Shown here: positions 61,186 through 64,000 of the stretch, one piece after another | Layout of the letters: each line of letters starts with the position of its first letter | Position numbering within the stretch: position 1 is the first letter of the stretch | NCBI GenBank assembly: GCA_947307225.1 | Contig: CAMZIL010000001.1 | Coordinates: 220,120-284,119, forward strand | Length of the DNA stretch: 64,000 nucleotides | Direction of reading: 5' to 3' | Source of the DNA: an uncultured Candidatus Saccharibacteria bacterium | Lineage (GTDB): Bacteria > Patescibacteriota > Saccharimonadia > Saccharimonadales > Saccharimonadaceae | Notes under the pieces: generated by a model | What the model saw: the letters and a program-made list of their open reading frames with translations, nothing else | Databases searched by the model: none | What the model was told of the DNA's origin: nothing | Translations under genes and position numbers: made by a program

Positions 61186-61617
61186 GCGTTTTATTATAAC
61201 ATGTTTTGTTGCGGTTTTACAGGGGCGAATTCCGGTGTGAGATGTGGGCATATTAGGACACATTTTTGCATTAGTGTTTTCGGGCGAACTTGCTATGTAT
61301 TTGGAAGTTTGTGCTGAGTTCCCTGCCCTCTAACAGAGATGGATTTTTAGCATAAAAAGAATTTCACATGAAAAAGTACGCAAAATATGCATAATCACTT
61401 TCACGTGAAATTTGACAAACCTTGCAAAATGTAGCTTAATGCGTCCCCGCTGCGCCTGCATTTTGCGTCTCACCTACCAAACGATCGATTTCGTTTGATG
61501 TTTTTATTATAACGTAAGCGGGATGCTAGCACAAGCGGTTTCTAGTATAAGGATAAGCAGGATATTGAGATTAACGGGTTTTGTGTAAAAAGCTAGTGTA
61601 AATGTTAAAATGTAGGC

Positions 61618-61827
61618 ATGGCATTTATAAGGAAGTTTCCTACTACGAGTGGCGCTACTGGCGTTCAGGTTTGCTGGAAGCAGAACGGGGAAGTCGTAAA
61701 AACGGTTCATGTTGGCTCGGCGAACTCTGATGTGGCGCTTGAAAAGCTCCTCAAAAAGGCGCAGAAAATTATGGACGAGGGGAAGCGGCCGCTGTTTGAT
61801 TTAACTGAGTTTGATCGTAAAAAATAA
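61618..61827 (+). pseudogene. Possible N-terminal remnant of an IS1634-like DDE transposase (or an orphan small ORF)
   Basis: 69 aa: MAFIRKFPTTSGATGVQVCWKQNGEVVKTVHVGSANSDVALEKLLKKAQKIMDEG.... From memory, the pattern K-x-x-SGAT-x-VQ ... H-[IV]-GSA ... L-x-x-A matches N-termini of a transposase family common in Actinobacteria. No DDE domain follows. It sits in an unusually long non-coding stretch. Confidence 0.35.
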
Positions 61828-61841
61828 CGCCCTTAATGGCG

Positions 61842-62780
61842 CTATTTTCTTGTGATTTTTCGTTTTAGCTTGTTTATTGGGCGGAGAAGGGAATAAAGCG
61901 CGTATTTTTTGCGGTTTAGGAGGATGTCATAGGTACCGGCGTAGTCGATTTGATAGCCGCCAAAGGATTTTTTGAATTTCGAAAAGCCGAACCACGGATC
62001 TTTCGGGTCATTAGAGGTGGTAATGCCCCAAAAATCGAAAATTTTCTTGCCGGCGGCCTTGGCGTCGAAAATCATTTGCGTCAGGAGGATCGCGCCGCCT
62101 TCTTTTTTGCGAAATTCGTAATCGGCGCCGGCGTAGGCGTAATAGCAGGTCTCGTCGCCGGTGTACATAATTGTCGCGGCGATTGGGATTTTTTTGCCGT
62201 TTTCGTCCGTGAAATCCGCGATATAAAGGGTTGCGAAGTCAAATTTAAGCTGATTTTCGAGATATTTCCGTTCATTTGTCTGAAAATTATCTTTTTCGGC
62301 GACGCTTTCGTAAAATTTGAAAAAAATCTCCATGTCGGCCGGTTTTTTGCTAGTGCGCACGGAAATGCCTTTTAGGGCACGGTTTTTATAGGCGCGAGCC
62401 TTGTTTTTGCCGATACTTTCAAAAATTTGGTCTTCCGTCTGGTTTAAATCCATCGCCCAGGTGTGTTCTGGATCAAAATGCGTCGTTTTTTTCGCGCCAA
62501 TTTTGCGCATTTCGGCCTCAGAGAAGGGAATCGTCGGCTCAATTCGCGCAAAAATGCAATTTTTGGCATTTCCGAGCTTTTTTATGGCGGCGATTGCCGG
62601 TTTTAGGGCTTTTTTATCTTTTAAAGTCGGACCATAGGGTAAAAATAGGTAGTTTCCGAGGGAAGTTGGCTTTAAAATTGCCATAAATTCATAATTTTTG
62701 CCTTTTTCGCGGAAAATTTCGAAGCCTTCGGCTCTCTGGAACTCTTCCCATGCTTTAGATTGGAGAAAATGTGGCTTCAT
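61842..62780 (-). CDS. FemAB-family peptidoglycan interpeptide-bridge aminoacyltransferase
   Basis: 312 aa. The N-terminus FLQSKAWEEFQRAEG and the C-terminal FDFWGI...GFSKFKKSFGG match the FemX/FemAB (lipid II aminoacyl transferase) pattern. Confidence 0.8.
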   Translation of the reverse strand: MKPHFLQSKAWEEFQRAEGFEIFREKGKNYEFMAILKPTSLGNYLFLPYGPTLKDKKALKPAIAAIKKLGNAKNCIFARIEPTIPFSEAEMRKIGAKKTTHFDPEHTWAMDLNQTEDQIFESIGKNKARAYKNRALKGISVRTSKKPADMEIFFKFYESVAEKDNFQTNERKYLENQLKFDFATLYIADFTDENGKKIPIAATIMYTGDETCYYAYAGADYEFRKKEGGAILLTQMIFDAKAAGKKIFDFWGITTSNDPKDPWFGFSKFKKSFGGYQIDYAGTYDILLNRKKYALYSLLRPINKLKRKITRK

Positions 62781-62812
62781 GATGGCTATTTTTATGCGTC
62801 TGGTGATATATT

Positions 62813-64000
62813 TTATTTTTCCACAGGCTTTTGCACAGGGGATTTTTTATCGGCGAGAATGTCGATGATCTTCTTTGTTTCGATGACAGGAAGGTCGGTC
62901 GGTAGGCAGAGAATACGCTTGCAGGTCTCTTCGGCGAGCGGAGTCTTTTTTGGATCGTAGCGATAGATTCTTAGGGAGTTTGGACCAGGGTAGAGCAGCG
63001 GGTAGTACCAGCGTCGGATGAAGTAGCCTTGCGAGCTGAGCAAGTCGTAAGCCTCGTTTGCTTTTTCTGCCGTCTCGAAGAGAATAGGGAAGGCGAGAAG
63101 TGGCTCGCGTAGTTTAGTGACGCGACTAAAATGCTTTGATTTTAGCTTCGACTGATAGAGATTAACGTTGGCTGAGCGGCGGATGAAGTTTTGCTTTACC
63201 GTTTCGAGCTGGCTAAGGATGCGCTCATTGATAAACTTGTTAGTCGTGCGCGGTTCGTCTTGTTGTCCGTCTTGCTCGAACGGATAGATTGGCGGCTCGA
63301 GAATGCCGGCTTTGATTTCGAAATTGCGGAAATTGCGGCGCAAGTTACCGTGTAAGCGTTGAATGATTGCGTTGTTGACGCGGTAAGTGCGGACGCGGAG
63401 TGCCATGTGGCGATCAGGCTGTTTTAATCTGTTAAATTTCTCGATAATGCGTTCGTATAGATCTGGTTGAGACTCTTTGAGTTTCGGATTAATATAGACG
63501 GCGCCGCCGAACTTGGTGCCAGTGAGAATTTTTTCGACGCCGAAAGAGTGGATGGAAATATCTGCAAGAACTTCGTCCTCTTTGCCGCGCGCAAGGCGAG
63601 TGACGCAGTGGGCAGCATCCTCGATGAGGAGGATTTTGTGCTTGTCTGCGAATTTGCGAATTGCGGATTTATCGCCAATCATGCCGAGCGTGTGCTGCAT
63701 AACGATGGCATGAGTTTTCGGTTTTACGAGTTTGTCGTTTGGTTTGCCGGTACTAAGAATTTCCGGAGTAATGTCATTGTAAACAGGGGTGAGACCGGCG
63801 ACAAGAATTGGGTTTACGGCTGTAATGCAGGTGTATGGCGTGGTGATAATTTCGCCATCGCCGAAGCAGTCGCGGATAGCTTCAAAAACGAGTGCCATGC
63901 CAAAACGAGCCTTGAGGCATAGATGCCAATCCTCAGTTTTTGTACCTGATAGATGCGCCAATTTTTGGCGGATTTTTAACACAGACTCCTCGTAATCCAT
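62813..64000 (-). CDS. DegT/DnrJ/EryC1/StrS-family PLP-dependent sugar aminotransferase (start at or beyond the window edge)
   Basis: 395 aa, with the ATG exactly at 64000..63998, so the true start could lie outside the window. HTLGMIGDKSAIRKFADKHKILLIEDAAHC and SFGVEKILTG (PLP Lys) are typical of the family. Confidence 0.75.
   Translation of the reverse strand: MDYEESVLKIRQKLAHLSGTKTEDWHLCLKARFGMALVFEAIRDCFGDGEIITTPYTCITAVNPILVAGLTPVYNDITPEILSTGKPNDKLVKPKTHAIVMQHTLGMIGDKSAIRKFADKHKILLIEDAAHCVTRLARGKEDEVLADISIHSFGVEKILTGTKFGGAVYINPKLKESQPDLYERIIEKFNRLKQPDRHMALRVRTYRVNNAIIQRLHGNLRRNFRNFEIKAGILEPPIYPFEQDGQQDEPRTTNKFINERILSQLETVKQNFIRRSANVNLYQSKLKSKHFSRVTKLREPLLAFPILFETAEKANEAYDLLSSQGYFIRRWYYPLLYPGPNSLRIYRYDPKKTPLAEETCKRILCLPTDLPVIETKKIIDILADKKSPVQKPVEK

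Noticed and set aside
61186-61263. N-terminal extensions of track ORFs (valS to 61263, groES to 42538, VirB6-like to 34605, pyrF from 9906, HIT from 54875, 39458 and 40009 starts)
   Set aside because: The extended parts lack conservation and run through promoter or SD elements. Internal ATGs give canonical N-termini with an SD or leaderless -10 context.
61186-61330. T-box riboswitch upstream of valS
   Set aside because: I looked on the minus strand for the conserved T-box sequence (AANNNGGGTGGTACCGCG-like) and for a specifier or terminator arrangement and found none. A -10 box sits only 7 nt from the ATG, leaving no room for a leader.

Overview
This 64-kb chromosomal segment spans a bacterial replication origin. 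rpmH-rnpA-yidC-jag lie on the minus strand and dnaA-dnaN-recF on the plus strand, with DnaA-box clusters in both spacers flanking dnaA. Dense packing, 1-4 nt gene overlaps, monoderm-type envelope genes (LCP, FemAB, Wzz/EpsG, CDP-alditol genes), only scattered nucleotide-metabolism genes (purC, pyrE/pyrF, thyA/folA), and about 44% GC by eye suggest a reduced-genome monoderm bacterium. A Patescibacteria/CPR member such as Saccharibacteria fits, but that taxonomic call is inference only.

The dominant accessory feature is a Gram-positive-type type IV secretion (T4SS)-like cluster just downstream of recF. It contains a VirB6-like protein, a PrgI/VirB3-like protein, a VirB4 ATPase split into two coupled ORFs, a 925-aa polytopic protein, a three-domain peptidoglycan hydrolase and a PEGA-like protein. 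A divergent operon carries six tandem pilin-like (VirB2/TrbC-topology) genes. Further pilin-like copies sit at 38764..39168 and fused to an M15 peptidase at 42629..43864. No relaxase, coupling ATPase or integrase is visible in the window.

Other notable items:
- a second, truncated paralog of the 925-aa protein at the left edge (absent from the ORF track)
- a secreted lysozyme-like protein with ricin-type lectin repeats
- comFC interrupted by an in-frame TGA
- a translationally coupled operon of a Fic-like protein, a SpoT-type HD hydrolase and a zeta-toxin-like kinase, followed by a tandemly duplicated small acidic ORF, all next to a tRNA-Ser with a duplicated 3' end
- a degenerate Mur-ligase paralog coupled to an amidinotransferase-fold enzyme
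- many genes whose -10 box lies only 6-9 nt from the ATG, consistent with leaderless transcripts

Four tRNAs and rpmH (too short for the ORF track) were found by hand. No rRNA, CRISPR array or intact mobile element was seen.
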